Shown here piece by piece: positions 9,015 through 18,007 of a stretch of 64,000 bases of DNA. The translations under genes and the position numbers were made by a program. The notes under the pieces are model-generated. The model worked only from the letters and a program-made list of their open reading frames with translations, was not told the DNA's origin and did no database searches. The stretch is from the NCBI GenBank assembly GCA_965248575.1, contig CBDFJQ010000002.1, forward strand, positions 416,001 to 480,000. The letters run 5' to 3'. Numbering within the stretch: position 1 is the first letter of the stretch; every line of letters starts with the position of its first letter. This DNA is from Planctomycetota bacterium (GTDB lineage: Bacteria > Planctomycetota > B15-G4).

Positions 9015-9523
9015 CGCGTCGCATCTTGACGGCAGAGGACATCCAGGCGATGGAGCCGGGCTCACGACTCGTGGTGGACGAGTCCATCACCCTGACCGGT
9101 GCCGCTCGCGACCTGGCGCGTCGCCGGGGCGTCGTGCTTGTGGAGCAGGGCGAGACCTCTGACGGCAGCCCTGTCTCCGGATCGGGTGAAGCTGGCTCGC
9201 CGACCGACAACACGACCCTCGATATCGTCTCCGAGGCGCTCGATGGTCCGCCCGGGCGCATCATCGTCACGGCAGTGGGTGTCAACAGGCCCGGCATCCT
9301 GTCGGAGGTGACGGCCGCCCTGGGCTCCCTGGGCGGCGACATCGTCGATGTGGGCCAGCTCATCAACGCCGGCTACTTCAACGCCATCCTCTTGGTGGAC
9401 ATCGCGCCGTCGGGGCAGAACTTCAGCGCCTTCCGCGCTGCCTTGCAGGCACTGAGCAAGCCTGCTGACTACGTCGTGACCACCATCGATGAGCGCGTCT
9501 TCCACGCGATGCACCGACTCTAG
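9011..9523 (+). CDS. ACT-domain protein (UPF0237-like) fused to EutQ/EutT-like N-terminal module
   Basis: RRILTAEDI...[19 protein letters not shown] then [23 protein letters not shown]...YFNAILLVD and C-term [10 protein letters not shown]. Confidence 0.85.
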   Translation: MTRRILTAEDIQAMEPGSRLVVDESITLTGAARDLARRRGVVLVEQGETSDGSPVSGSGEAGSPTDNTTLDIVSEALDGPPGRIIVTAVGVNRPGILSEVTAALGSLGGDIVDVGQLINAGYFNAILLVDIAPSGQNFSAFRAALQALSKPADYVVTTIDERVFHAMHRL

Positions 9524-9629
9524 GGCTGTTGGCCCATCTGCCGACGAACTGCCACCTGAGCAGCGCCGGCCCCTCGCTGGCCCACTCGTCGTACCTGTTG
9601 CCGAACCTCTTGCAGGACATGGATTCCCG

Positions 9630-10994
9630 ATGACGCTCGAAAGCCGCGAGATTCTCGAAACGCTGCGCATGATCCAGGTGGAACATCTGGACATCCGGAC
9701 GACCACCCTCGGCATCAACCTGCTCGACCTCGCAGGTGGGACCGCGGATGACGTCTCCCGCCGTGTCTACGAGCGGATCATGGAGCGGGCGGGCCGATTG
9801 GTGGAGACGGCTGCCTCCGTCGAGAACGAATTCGGCATTCCCATCGTGAACAAGCGCATCGCGGTCACGCCCATCGCGCTCGTGGCTGGCGCCTGCTCCG
9901 ACGACGACTACACACCCATTGCGAAGGCATTGGACAAGGCCGCCGAGGACTGCGGTGTGGATTTTGTGGGAGGTTACTCCGCTCTCGTGCACAAGGGCAT
10001 CACCCGGGCCGACCGCAACCTGATGCAGTCCATTCCCACCGCTCTCGCCTCCACGGCCCACGTCTGCTCCAGCGTGAACCTGGGCACGACGCGCGCCGGG
10101 ATCAACATGGATGCGGTGCTCTACATGGCGCGCATCATCAAGGACACCGCTGAGCGGACGGCTTCAGACGGGGCCCTCGGGTGCGCCAAGCTGGTGGTCT
10201 TCTGCAACATGGTGGAGGACAACCCCTTCGTGGCGGGCGCGAACCTCGGCGTAGGTGAAGCCGACACGGTGTTGCATGCGGGCGTCAGCGGACCTGGCGT
10301 CGTGTTGCACGCCCTGAATCAGCTCTCCACCCGCGCGGACATGATGCAGGTGGCAGAGGTCGTGAAGCGCACGGCCTTCAAGATCACCCGCATGGGCGAG
10401 CTTGTGGGGCGCGAAGTGGCTCGGCGCATGGGCGTCCCCTTTGGCATCATCGACCTGAGCCTGGCGCCGACACCTGCCATGGGCGACAGCATCGCCGATG
10501 TGCTCGAGGTGATGGGACTGGAGCGCACAGGGGCGCACGGCACAACCCTCGCGTTGGCGCTGCTGACGGATGCCGTCAAGAAGGGTGGCGTCATGGCCGC
10601 TGCACACGTCGGTGGCATGTCCGGTGCATTCATCCCCATCAGCGAGGACATGGGCATGGTGCATGCCGTCCAGGCTGGAACCCTCACCTTGGACAAGATG
10701 GAAGCCATGACGTCCGTCTGTTCCGTGGGCCTCGACATGATCGGAGTGCCCGGGGACGTCTCGGTGGAGGTGATCGCTGGCATCATCGCGGACGAGCTGG
10801 CGATCGGCATGGTCAACAACAAGACCACGGCCGTGCGCATCCTGCCCGTTCCCGGTGCGAAGGAGGGGGACGTCGTCGAGCTGGGCGGTCTGCTCGGCAC
10901 GGTGCCCATCATGCCGGTGCATCGGGAGAGCCCGAGCGTGCTCATGCACCGCGGGGGTCAAGTGCCTCCGCCGCTGCACTCCTTGCGTAACTGA
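9630..10994 (+). CDS. DUF711/UPF0210 (PFL-like fold) protein
   Basis: [85 protein letters not shown], end PLHSLRN. Confidence 0.93.
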   Translation: MTLESREILETLRMIQVEHLDIRTTTLGINLLDLAGGTADDVSRRVYERIMERAGRLVETAASVENEFGIPIVNKRIAVTPIALVAGACSDDDYTPIAKALDKAAEDCGVDFVGGYSALVHKGITRADRNLMQSIPTALASTAHVCSSVNLGTTRAGINMDAVLYMARIIKDTAERTASDGALGCAKLVVFCNMVEDNPFVAGANLGVGEADTVLHAGVSGPGVVLHALNQLSTRADMMQVAEVVKRTAFKITRMGELVGREVARRMGVPFGIIDLSLAPTPAMGDSIADVLEVMGLERTGAHGTTLALALLTDAVKKGGVMAAAHVGGMSGAFIPISEDMGMVHAVQAGTLTLDKMEAMTSVCSVGLDMIGVPGDVSVEVIAGIIADELAIGMVNNKTTAVRILPVPGAKEGDVVELGGLLGTVPIMPVHRESPSVLMHRGGQVPPPLHSLRN

Positions 10995-11008
10995 GGTCGT
11001 TCGGACTG

Positions 11009-12133
11009 CTACTGGCCTGGAGCCAGCACCGTCGACTCCTGGATCCAGATCTCGTCGAACGCACCCGGGCGCAGCGTGAGCTCCATCGACCAGTCACCGC
11101 CGGCGTTGACGGCTTCGTAGATGTCATGGCTGACCCGGAACCAACGCATGTCGTTGGGTTCCCACCACGAAGCGATCCCCACCTGATAGCGACGCTCGCT
11201 CTTCTGCTTGTAGGTGTGGGTGTCCACGATGGGGGCGCGGCGAACTTCCTGCGAGCCCTCGTCAAGTAGGCCGTTCAGGAGGTACGCGCCACCCGTCGTC
11301 GCCAGAGGGCAAGAGAAGAGTGCGAGCAGCGTGAGCGGCACGAAGAGTCTCGCCGGAGCCGTCCGCCTGGCAATGAGGTGCATGAGTCCGAACAGCAGGA
11401 AAGGCCAGAGCACCAGGCCTACGCCCAGGTTCATCCAGAGAAAGCGGTCACCCGCTAGCAGCGGAACAAGCTTGGAGGCGGTGAGCAAGGCGCCAGCGCC
11501 CAGTACGAAGAGCCCGATGGTCAGGCACCAGGCGATCACCTTTGCAGAGTCATGCGCCGGTTCCGGCCGCACTTCGTGGGACTTCGCGAAGAGCGTCAGC
11601 CGTTCGCCCAGCTCGGAGAGCTGTCTCAGCAATCCCAGGATCTGATCGAGCTCTGGCTCCTTGCCCAGAGCTGCCCGGGCGCCCAGGAGTTTGATGCGAC
11701 CGTCTTCGAGCGCAAGCGAGCTGCCCGGGCCGCTCAAGAGCGAGCGAATCGTGCGACGCACGTCGGCATTGGTGATCAGCTGGGACGTCACTTCCAGGTC
11801 CCGGGTCTGGACGCACATGTCCTTGTCGAAGCGCGGGTCCCGAGAGGGCAACGGCAGGGAGGGGAGCAAGGAGCCCAGCCAACGATCCCAGGGTGTGGAG
11901 CGCGTGATGCGGAAGCGCCCCACGTCTGTACAAACCACGGACAGGACGAAGCGTTGAGACTGGTCAGCCAGGCGAACCCGGATGTCCATGCCTTCGATGA
12001 CACCGTGGAAGGCATTCTTCAGCAACGACCCACCACACAGTGCGGAGAGCGCCTCGAACAGTGCGCGATCCCCTGGCTTGAAGCGCTTGGCCTTGCTGAG
12101 CCTGGCTGCCGTGTTGCCTACGGGGAAGCTCAT
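11009..12133 (-). CDS. Hypothetical membrane protein (3 predicted TM helices)
   Basis: 374 aa ORF, ATGA overlap with upstream RHH gene, three hydrophobic stretches. Confidence 0.7.
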   Translation of the reverse strand: MSFPVGNTAARLSKAKRFKPGDRALFEALSALCGGSLLKNAFHGVIEGMDIRVRLADQSQRFVLSVVCTDVGRFRITRSTPWDRWLGSLLPSLPLPSRDPRFDKDMCVQTRDLEVTSQLITNADVRRTIRSLLSGPGSSLALEDGRIKLLGARAALGKEPELDQILGLLRQLSELGERLTLFAKSHEVRPEPAHDSAKVIAWCLTIGLFVLGAGALLTASKLVPLLAGDRFLWMNLGVGLVLWPFLLFGLMHLIARRTAPARLFVPLTLLALFSCPLATTGGAYLLNGLLDEGSQEVRRAPIVDTHTYKQKSERRYQVGIASWWEPNDMRWFRVSHDIYEAVNAGGDWSMELTLRPGAFDEIWIQESTVLAPGQ

Positions 12134-12378
12134 GGCGCGTCCTCTTCTGGGTCTTCTTTGGTGGGGCGCGCCGAGGGCGCGGGGCCACCCTTCTCAGGGC
12201 CTCCCTTGCGCTTGCGAAGCGCATCCCGCAGCAGGAATTCGAGGTGGCCGTTGAGGCTCCGGAACTCCTGGCTGGCCCAGCCCTTGAGCTCGTCGAGGAG
12301 TTCCGGTGGGAGGCGCAACAAGAAGGGCTTCCGTTGGCCCTTGGCCGCCTTCGGTGGCGTGTTTTCGTCGGAAGGCAC
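12130..12378 (-). CDS. Arc-like ribbon-helix-helix DNA-binding protein
   Basis: RKPFLLRLPPELLDELKGWASQEFRSLNGHLEFLLRDAL; typical partner of SPFH genes. Confidence 0.88.
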   Translation of the reverse strand: MPSDENTPPKAAKGQRKPFLLRLPPELLDELKGWASQEFRSLNGHLEFLLRDALRKRKGGPEKGGPAPSARPTKEDPEEDAP

Positions 12379-12383
12379 CTGTC

Positions 12384-13277
12384 TTAGGTGTAGAGGCTGC
12401 CCGTGTTGATCACGGGTTGCGGCGGGGCGCCGCCGCAGAGCACGACAAGCAGGTTGCCCACGAGCGTCGCGCGCCGTTCAACGTCGAGCTCGACAACGTT
12501 CTTTTCTGCGAGCTGGCTGAGCGCATCGTCCACCATTCCGACAGCGCCCTCGACGATCTTCTTGCGTGCCGCAATGATCGCGTCCGCTTGCTGGCGTTGC
12601 AGCATGGCCGACGCGATTTCCGGCGCATAGGCCAGGTGACTGATGCGGGCATCGATGACTTGGATGCCGGCACGATTCAGGCGTGCTTGCAGTTCTTGGC
12701 CCAGCTCTTCGGTCACCTTGTCTGTGTCCGTGCGCAAGGAGACGATCCCTGACCCTGCGTCAGAGTTGTCATCGTAGGGGTGGCTCTTGGCGAGCTGGCG
12801 CACAGCCGTCTCGATCTGGACGTCGACGTACTGGAAGTAGTCCTCGACGTCGAACTGCGCTTGGGCCGTGTCGCTAACCTGCCAGACAACCACGGCTCCG
12901 ATCTCGATCGGGCTGCCGGACAGGTCATTCACCTTGACCCGTTCGCTCGACAGGTTGTGGGCGCGCAGTGAGATCTTGTTCTTGATGGTGAACGGGTTCA
13001 CCCAGAAGAAGCCCTCGTTGCGCACCGTGCCACGGTACTTGCCGAAGAGCACGAGCACGCGCGACATGTTGGGGTTGACGACAAAGAAGCCGCAGAGCGT
13101 GATGATCGTGCCGATGACGGAGAGCACCATCCCGATGATGAAGGCGGGTGGTGGCGCGTGCTCCATCTGGACGCCGTACCAGATGCAGAGAGGCCAGTAG
13201 GCGAAGATCATCAGCAGTGGCATCCACCCTTGCTTGGCGATGACGGTGGTTTCCTTGGACGGGCTGCGATCAGTCAT
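12384..13277 (-). CDS. SPFH (band 7/stomatin-like) membrane protein
   Basis: Two N-terminal TMs, [59 protein letters not shown]. Confidence 0.93.
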   Translation of the reverse strand: MTDRSPSKETTVIAKQGWMPLLMIFAYWPLCIWYGVQMEHAPPPAFIIGMVLSVIGTIITLCGFFVVNPNMSRVLVLFGKYRGTVRNEGFFWVNPFTIKNKISLRAHNLSSERVKVNDLSGSPIEIGAVVVWQVSDTAQAQFDVEDYFQYVDVQIETAVRQLAKSHPYDDNSDAGSGIVSLRTDTDKVTEELGQELQARLNRAGIQVIDARISHLAYAPEIASAMLQRQQADAIIAARKKIVEGAVGMVDDALSQLAEKNVVELDVERRATLVGNLLVVLCGGAPPQPVINTGSLYT

Positions 13278-13303
13278 GGGAGGTCTCCGTTTGAGGCGAT
13301 TGC

Positions 13304-13327
13304 TATCGAAGTGATATCACTTTGATA
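13304..13327. promoter_or_regulatory. Palindromic operator candidate upstream of SPFH-RHH operon
   Basis: TATCGAAGTGATATCACTTTGATA: perfect 14-bp core AAGTGATATCACTT, 24 bp with one mismatched pair, AT-rich in GC-rich context. Confidence 0.6.
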
Positions 13328-13619
13328 TTCCCTGTCCAGGCCTTTCATCCTGCCGACGCCGTGTGCCACGCCCGTACTGCCCCGCATTCAGCCCTGAGTC
13401 GCGAATTTGCGGTAGAACGGGCCATATCGGCGACGTCTTCGGGAATCGGCGTCCATCCGGTGACCGGCCGCCGTTTGCAGAAGCGCGCCTGCCCCGGCGG
13501 CAGAGACAGAGGGCATTCGCCGTGCTTGATCCATCCCCGAACCGAGGCCATCGTGATTCTCCCGGCACCCAGCCTCGGGTGGCTCCGCTCTCCCTCGTCC
13601 GTCCAGACGACCCTTCGCC

Positions 13620-14504
13620 ATGTCCGCTTCGAGCCTTCACTCAGCCCACGGGGCATCCCGGCGGGACTCTCAGCTGGGCGTCTGTTCCTGGTCGCTCCAG
13701 CCCGAGTCCGTGGACGACCTGCTGCGCAAGGTCGGGGCCACGGGGCTCGGTGCTGTCCAGCTGGAGCTGGAACCCCTCCGGTCAGGTGCCTGGGACCTGG
13801 CAACGACCCGGGAGCGCCTCATGGGCGCTCGGGTGCAAACCCTCTCCGGCATGCTCTCCATGGCTGGGGAAGACTACTCCAGTTTGGAGAGCATCCGGGT
13901 CACCGGTGGTGTGCGCTGTGATGCCACCTGGGAGACCAACCGGGCTGCTGCGGCTGACTGTGCTCGCATCGCTCGCGAACTGGACCTGGACCTCGTGAGT
14001 TTCCACGCGGGCTTCCTGCCGCACGATCCGCAGGACGCGGAGTCGGCCGTGCTCTTGAGCCGAGTGGGCGAGGTCGTGGATGCCTTCGCTGACGAAGGCG
14101 TGCACGTCGCCTTGGAAACAGGGCAGGAATCGGCAGAAGTCCTTTCGGAGTTCCTGCTTCGGCTCGACCGCCCAACGGTTGGCGTGAACTTCGACCCAGC
14201 CAACATGCTGCTCTACGGCATGGGTGACCCGGTGCAGGCACTCGAACACCTGGCGGTCTTCGTACGGCAGGTGCATCTCAAGGATGCCAGACGGTCCGAG
14301 CTGCCCGAGCAGTGGGGCCAGGAGGTGCCGTTGGGAGCAGGTGAAGTGGATTGGCCGGCCTTCTTTGCTGTGTTGCAGGCGCGGTTGCCCTCCGTGAACC
14401 TGCTCATCGAGCGCGAGGCAGGTGACGACCGGGTTGCCGATGTCTGCACGGCTCGCGACGTTGCCTTGCGCCACGGGGGCCTCGCGCCCCGGGTGTCCCC
14501 ATGA
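13620..14504 (+). CDS. Sugar phosphate isomerase/epimerase family TIM barrel (AP_endonuc_2)
   Basis: GVCSWSLQP, FHAGFLP, ALETGQE, NFDPANM, VHLKD, GEVDW, IERE. Confidence 0.9.
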   Translation: MSASSLHSAHGASRRDSQLGVCSWSLQPESVDDLLRKVGATGLGAVQLELEPLRSGAWDLATTRERLMGARVQTLSGMLSMAGEDYSSLESIRVTGGVRCDATWETNRAAAADCARIARELDLDLVSFHAGFLPHDPQDAESAVLLSRVGEVVDAFADEGVHVALETGQESAEVLSEFLLRLDRPTVGVNFDPANMLLYGMGDPVQALEHLAVFVRQVHLKDARRSELPEQWGQEVPLGAGEVDWPAFFAVLQARLPSVNLLIEREAGDDRVADVCTARDVALRHGGLAPRVSP

Positions 14505-15565
14505 GCTCAGCGTCCGCAGGGGAACGACCGATCGGGGTGGGCGTCGTGGGTTTGGGCGTGATGGGTGCCCAGCACATCGAGTCCTATCGTGTTGCCCAGC
14601 TCACAGGCGCCGCGAACCAGCTGGTGGCTGTCTGCGACGCCGACGCGCAACGCCGCGCTGGCATCCGGCCCGTGGATGGTGAGCACGCAGTCTCTGGTGA
14701 CGCCACGGAGCGTTTCTTCGATCCGGGCCTTGTCCAGGCCTATGAATCACCTACGGAGCTCTTTGCCGACGATGCCGTGGAGCTCGTCAGCGTCTGCACC
14801 TACACCGACAGCCATGTCCCCTTGGCCCTCGAGGCCCTGGCTGCTGGCAAGCATGTGCTGCTCGAGAAACCAGTGGCCCTCACGCCTGAGGAGGTCCAGG
14901 TGCTGGTGGATGCCGCTGCAGCTGTTCCCGGGCAACTCTGCATGCCCGCCATGTGCATGCGGTTCTGGCCTGGGTGGCGTTGGTTGGCGGAGGTCGTCCA
15001 GGACGGGAGCCTCGGGGCTGTGCGCCGCGCGAGTTTCCGGCGCCTTTCGGCGGCCCCGCACTGGGGGCAGGACTTCTACGAGGACCCGACTCGTAGCGGC
15101 GGAGCGCTCGTCGACCTACACGTCCACGATGCGGACTTCGTGCGCTGGTGCTTCGGTGTGCCCTCGGCGGTGGAGACCACCGGCAGTCTGGCTCAAATCA
15201 AGACGCGCTACCTGTTTGCTGACGGTCGCGCGGACGTGATGGCGGAAGGCTTCTGGGACCGGGACCCGAGCACGGCCTTCTTCATGGGTTACCGGGTGGA
15301 GTTCGAGGTGGCGACCGCCGACTTTGCTTTCGGTCGGGAGCCTGCCTTGCGGGTCGAACGCCGGGGAGAGCCCGTTGAGCCTGTGGCCCTCGCGGACGGC
15401 AATGGCTACGACGGCGAGATCTCCCACGTGCTGCGCGCGATCCACGCGCTCAAGGCAGGTACGACCGTGCCCCTGGACGCTCGCCTCGAGGAGGCGATAG
15501 GCCTCCAGGCGATGCTGGCCGCGGAGCGTCTCAGTCTCGAGAGCGGTGCCGTCGTCGCGCTCTAG
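14501..15565 (+). CDS. Gfo/Idh/MocA family oxidoreductase
   Basis: GVVGLGVMG, GKHVLLEKP, MRFWPGW, GGALVDLHVHD. Confidence 0.93.
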   Translation: MSSASAGERPIGVGVVGLGVMGAQHIESYRVAQLTGAANQLVAVCDADAQRRAGIRPVDGEHAVSGDATERFFDPGLVQAYESPTELFADDAVELVSVCTYTDSHVPLALEALAAGKHVLLEKPVALTPEEVQVLVDAAAAVPGQLCMPAMCMRFWPGWRWLAEVVQDGSLGAVRRASFRRLSAAPHWGQDFYEDPTRSGGALVDLHVHDADFVRWCFGVPSAVETTGSLAQIKTRYLFADGRADVMAEGFWDRDPSTAFFMGYRVEFEVATADFAFGREPALRVERRGEPVEPVALADGNGYDGEISHVLRAIHALKAGTTVPLDARLEEAIGLQAMLAAERLSLESGAVVAL

Positions 15566-16857
15566 ATAAGCCGGGTGCGCCCGGGGATCGGCACCACGAG
15601 TTTCGGCGCGTCGGCATTCATGGCGTAGATCTCGGGCCCCAGGTGTTCCTTGCTCGCCATGGCCTGTTCCCAGGTGACGGTCTGGCCGGTGTAGGCCGCC
15701 AGGCGTCCCATGACCGACAACATGGTGCTCGTGGTCATCCAGCTGCCGTCATTGACGGGGCTCCCAGCCCGAATTGCTGCGAACATCTCGTCGTGCTCGG
15801 TCTGATACATGTCGTTGCCGGGGGCCTCGCTCTCCCACTCCTGCTCCCCTTCGATCAGGAACAGCCCTGCCCAAGGCTTCGCCGTGGCGCGGCCCTTGGT
15901 GCCGTACACGAAGTCGCTGTTGTCGGTAGAACAGTTGGCCATCTGGCGCGACATGTGGAAGCCGCGCGCGCCCTCGGCGTAGTCGTAGGTCACGGAAAAG
16001 TGGTCGAAGATGTCGCCCTGCTCTTCGCCAAATCGTGCCTGCCTGCCACCGACCGCCGTGCACGAGAGGGGCGTCTTGTCGCCGAACGTCCAGGCCATCT
16101 TGTCCAGGCTGTGGCAGGCCTGTTCCACCAGGCTGTCGCCGCCGAGCCAGTTCATGTGTTGCCAGTTGCGCAGCTGGAACTCCATCTCGGTCCAGTCTGC
16201 CTGACGTGGGCGCGTGCCGAGCGGCGAGGCGTTGTAGGTGCTGTACACCGACTGAACGTCTCCCAGCCCTCCTTCGAGGATGCGCTCGTAGAGTGAGCGA
16301 TACTTGTAGTGCTTGCGCCAGCAGAAGCCCGAGACCAGCGAGAGCTTCTTCTGCTTCGCGATGCGTGCCGACTCCATGACCGAACGCACGCCGGGGGCAT
16401 CGACCGCCATGGGCTTCTCACAGAACACGTGCTTGCCGGCCTCCAGGGCGGCGCGGATGTGCGCCGGGCGGAAGTGAGGGGGCGTGGTCAGCACGACGAC
16501 GTCCACGCCGCTGTCGATGACCTGCTGAAACGCGTCAAAGCCGACGAAGCGTCGCTCTTCGGGGACATCCATGCGTGCTTCCGCTGTGCTCCCCAGGGAA
16601 TTCAGCAGGTGGCCGTGGCTGCTGTCCAGGCGGTCGGCGAAGACATCGCCCATGGCCGTGAGCTGGACCGTGCCGGCTTCGGCATTCAGTGCCTGGTAGG
16701 CAGCGCCCGTTCCGCGCCCTCCGCAACCGATCAAGCCGACCTTGAGCACGTCGGGGTCAGCGCTGCCGGGGACGGCGCCCAGGAGCGGGCGGGGCAGGGC
16801 CAGGGCGAAGGGAGCCGCTGCTGCGGCGCCCTTGAGGAAGCGACGGCGAGTCGTCAT
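15562..16857 (-). CDS. Tat-exported Gfo/Idh/MocA family oxidoreductase
   Basis: TRRRFLK Tat motif, GLIGCGGRGTGA, GKHVFCEKP, EQACHSLD. Confidence 0.93.
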   Translation of the reverse strand: MTTRRRFLKGAAAAAPFALALPRPLLGAVPGSADPDVLKVGLIGCGGRGTGAAYQALNAEAGTVQLTAMGDVFADRLDSSHGHLLNSLGSTAEARMDVPEERRFVGFDAFQQVIDSGVDVVVLTTPPHFRPAHIRAALEAGKHVFCEKPMAVDAPGVRSVMESARIAKQKKLSLVSGFCWRKHYKYRSLYERILEGGLGDVQSVYSTYNASPLGTRPRQADWTEMEFQLRNWQHMNWLGGDSLVEQACHSLDKMAWTFGDKTPLSCTAVGGRQARFGEEQGDIFDHFSVTYDYAEGARGFHMSRQMANCSTDNSDFVYGTKGRATAKPWAGLFLIEGEQEWESEAPGNDMYQTEHDEMFAAIRAGSPVNDGSWMTTSTMLSVMGRLAAYTGQTVTWEQAMASKEHLGPEIYAMNADAPKLVVPIPGRTRLI

Positions 16858-16927
16858 GGCAGGCGTCCTTGGAAGGCATGAAGGGCTGCGAGTCTAGCAG
16901 CTCAGCGCGGAGGCCTGTGGGCTGGGT

Positions 16928-18007
16928 TCAGCGCGCATCGGCGTCCGACGTCACGATCCGGAACCCGGCGAAGTCAGCATCTGCGAGCCACCACTTGCTC
17001 TTGGGGATCTGGGGGTCCGTGGCATTCCAGCTTGGGTCCGGTCGCTGAAGGTGGCCGGCGTGCACATCCTGCGCTTTGTCGCGGAAGCTGCCGCCGCGCA
17101 GGACGGCCGTCCCATCGGGGTCGACGCACCACTCCGCCGCATTCCCCAGCATGTCGTAGAGCCCTGCGGGGTTGGGCTTGAGGCTACCGACGGCGTGGGT
17201 CTTGCGATCGGCGGTCTGGCGCACCCAGGCGTAGGGGCTGAGTCCTTTGCGGCTGCTGTCGATCCATGAGCCTGGGACTGATGCTGGGGCGGGGGCTGAA
17301 CCGCTGTCGGGGGCGGGGTCGTCCCCCGCGGACTCGCCAGCGGTGTGGGGGGGGCCGGTAGCGGCGTCGCTGGCCAGGCAGGCCGCCTCCCATTCGGCCT
17401 GCGTGGGCAAGCGGTAGCGGCGACCGCTCTTGGCCGAGAGCCACTCGCAAAACGCGCTTGCCGAGGTGTGATTGACGGAGATGGCGGGATAGCCGCTATG
17501 CCCATAGCCGCGGTCGGCCAGGACGAAAGCGGCGCTGGGTCGGATCACTGCGTCGAGCTCGTCGGGAACCTGGGGGTCGGCCTTGTCGAGCCGGTACAGA
17601 AAGGCGTCGAAGGCATCCCATGTGACCTCGTGTGCGCTGAACCACAGCGTCGCGTGCTTTGGGTCGTCGGGTGTCGGCTGCGATCCGTCAGAGCCCTGCC
17701 CGGAAGCCTCTGCGGAAGCCTCTGCGGAAGAGGGGTCTGAGGTGATTTCCTCAAGAAAGGCCGGAACGCGCACAGGCACCATGTCGAAGCTCAGGCTCGT
17801 GCCGGATATCCTCTGCGAGAACGATTTGGCTGAAGCCGGTGACGAAGCACCGTGCACACCTATGGTCGGGTTTGGCTGAGCCGAGCCGGAGACCGGTGCG
17901 CTGTCTTGAGCCGCCGCCGACGCAGAGCCCGAGGACACAGCGATGACCACAGCAAGGACAGCGAGCAGGATGCGTGCAGGCTGCGCGGGGCTGAAGAGTG
18001 TGCGCAT
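16928..18007 (-). CDS. SUMF1/FGE-like domain exported protein (start 18007 or 18022)
   Basis: HEVTW, YRLPTQAEWE, GLYDMLGNAAEW, RGGSF, GFRIV; signal peptide; lacks the FGE catalytic Cys pair. Confidence 0.88.
   Translation of the reverse strand: MRTLFSPAQPARILLAVLAVVIAVSSGSASAAAQDSAPVSGSAQPNPTIGVHGASSPASAKSFSQRISGTSLSFDMVPVRVPAFLEEITSDPSSAEASAEASGQGSDGSQPTPDDPKHATLWFSAHEVTWDAFDAFLYRLDKADPQVPDELDAVIRPSAAFVLADRGYGHSGYPAISVNHTSASAFCEWLSAKSGRRYRLPTQAEWEAACLASDAATGPPHTAGESAGDDPAPDSGSAPAPASVPGSWIDSSRKGLSPYAWVRQTADRKTHAVGSLKPNPAGLYDMLGNAAEWCVDPDGTAVLRGGSFRDKAQDVHAGHLQRPDPSWNATDPQIPKSKWWLADADFAGFRIVTSDADAR
17701..17730. repeat. 12-bp tandem repeat (about 2.5 copies) encoding SAEA linker repeats
   Basis: CGGAAGCCTCTG CGGAAGCCTCTG CGGAAG. 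Confidence 0.8.

Noticed and set aside
9630..10994. DUF711 as a bona fide glycyl radical enzyme (GRM-type BMC)
   Set aside because: Only 454 aa, no C-terminal RVxG glycyl motif and no activating enzyme in the window
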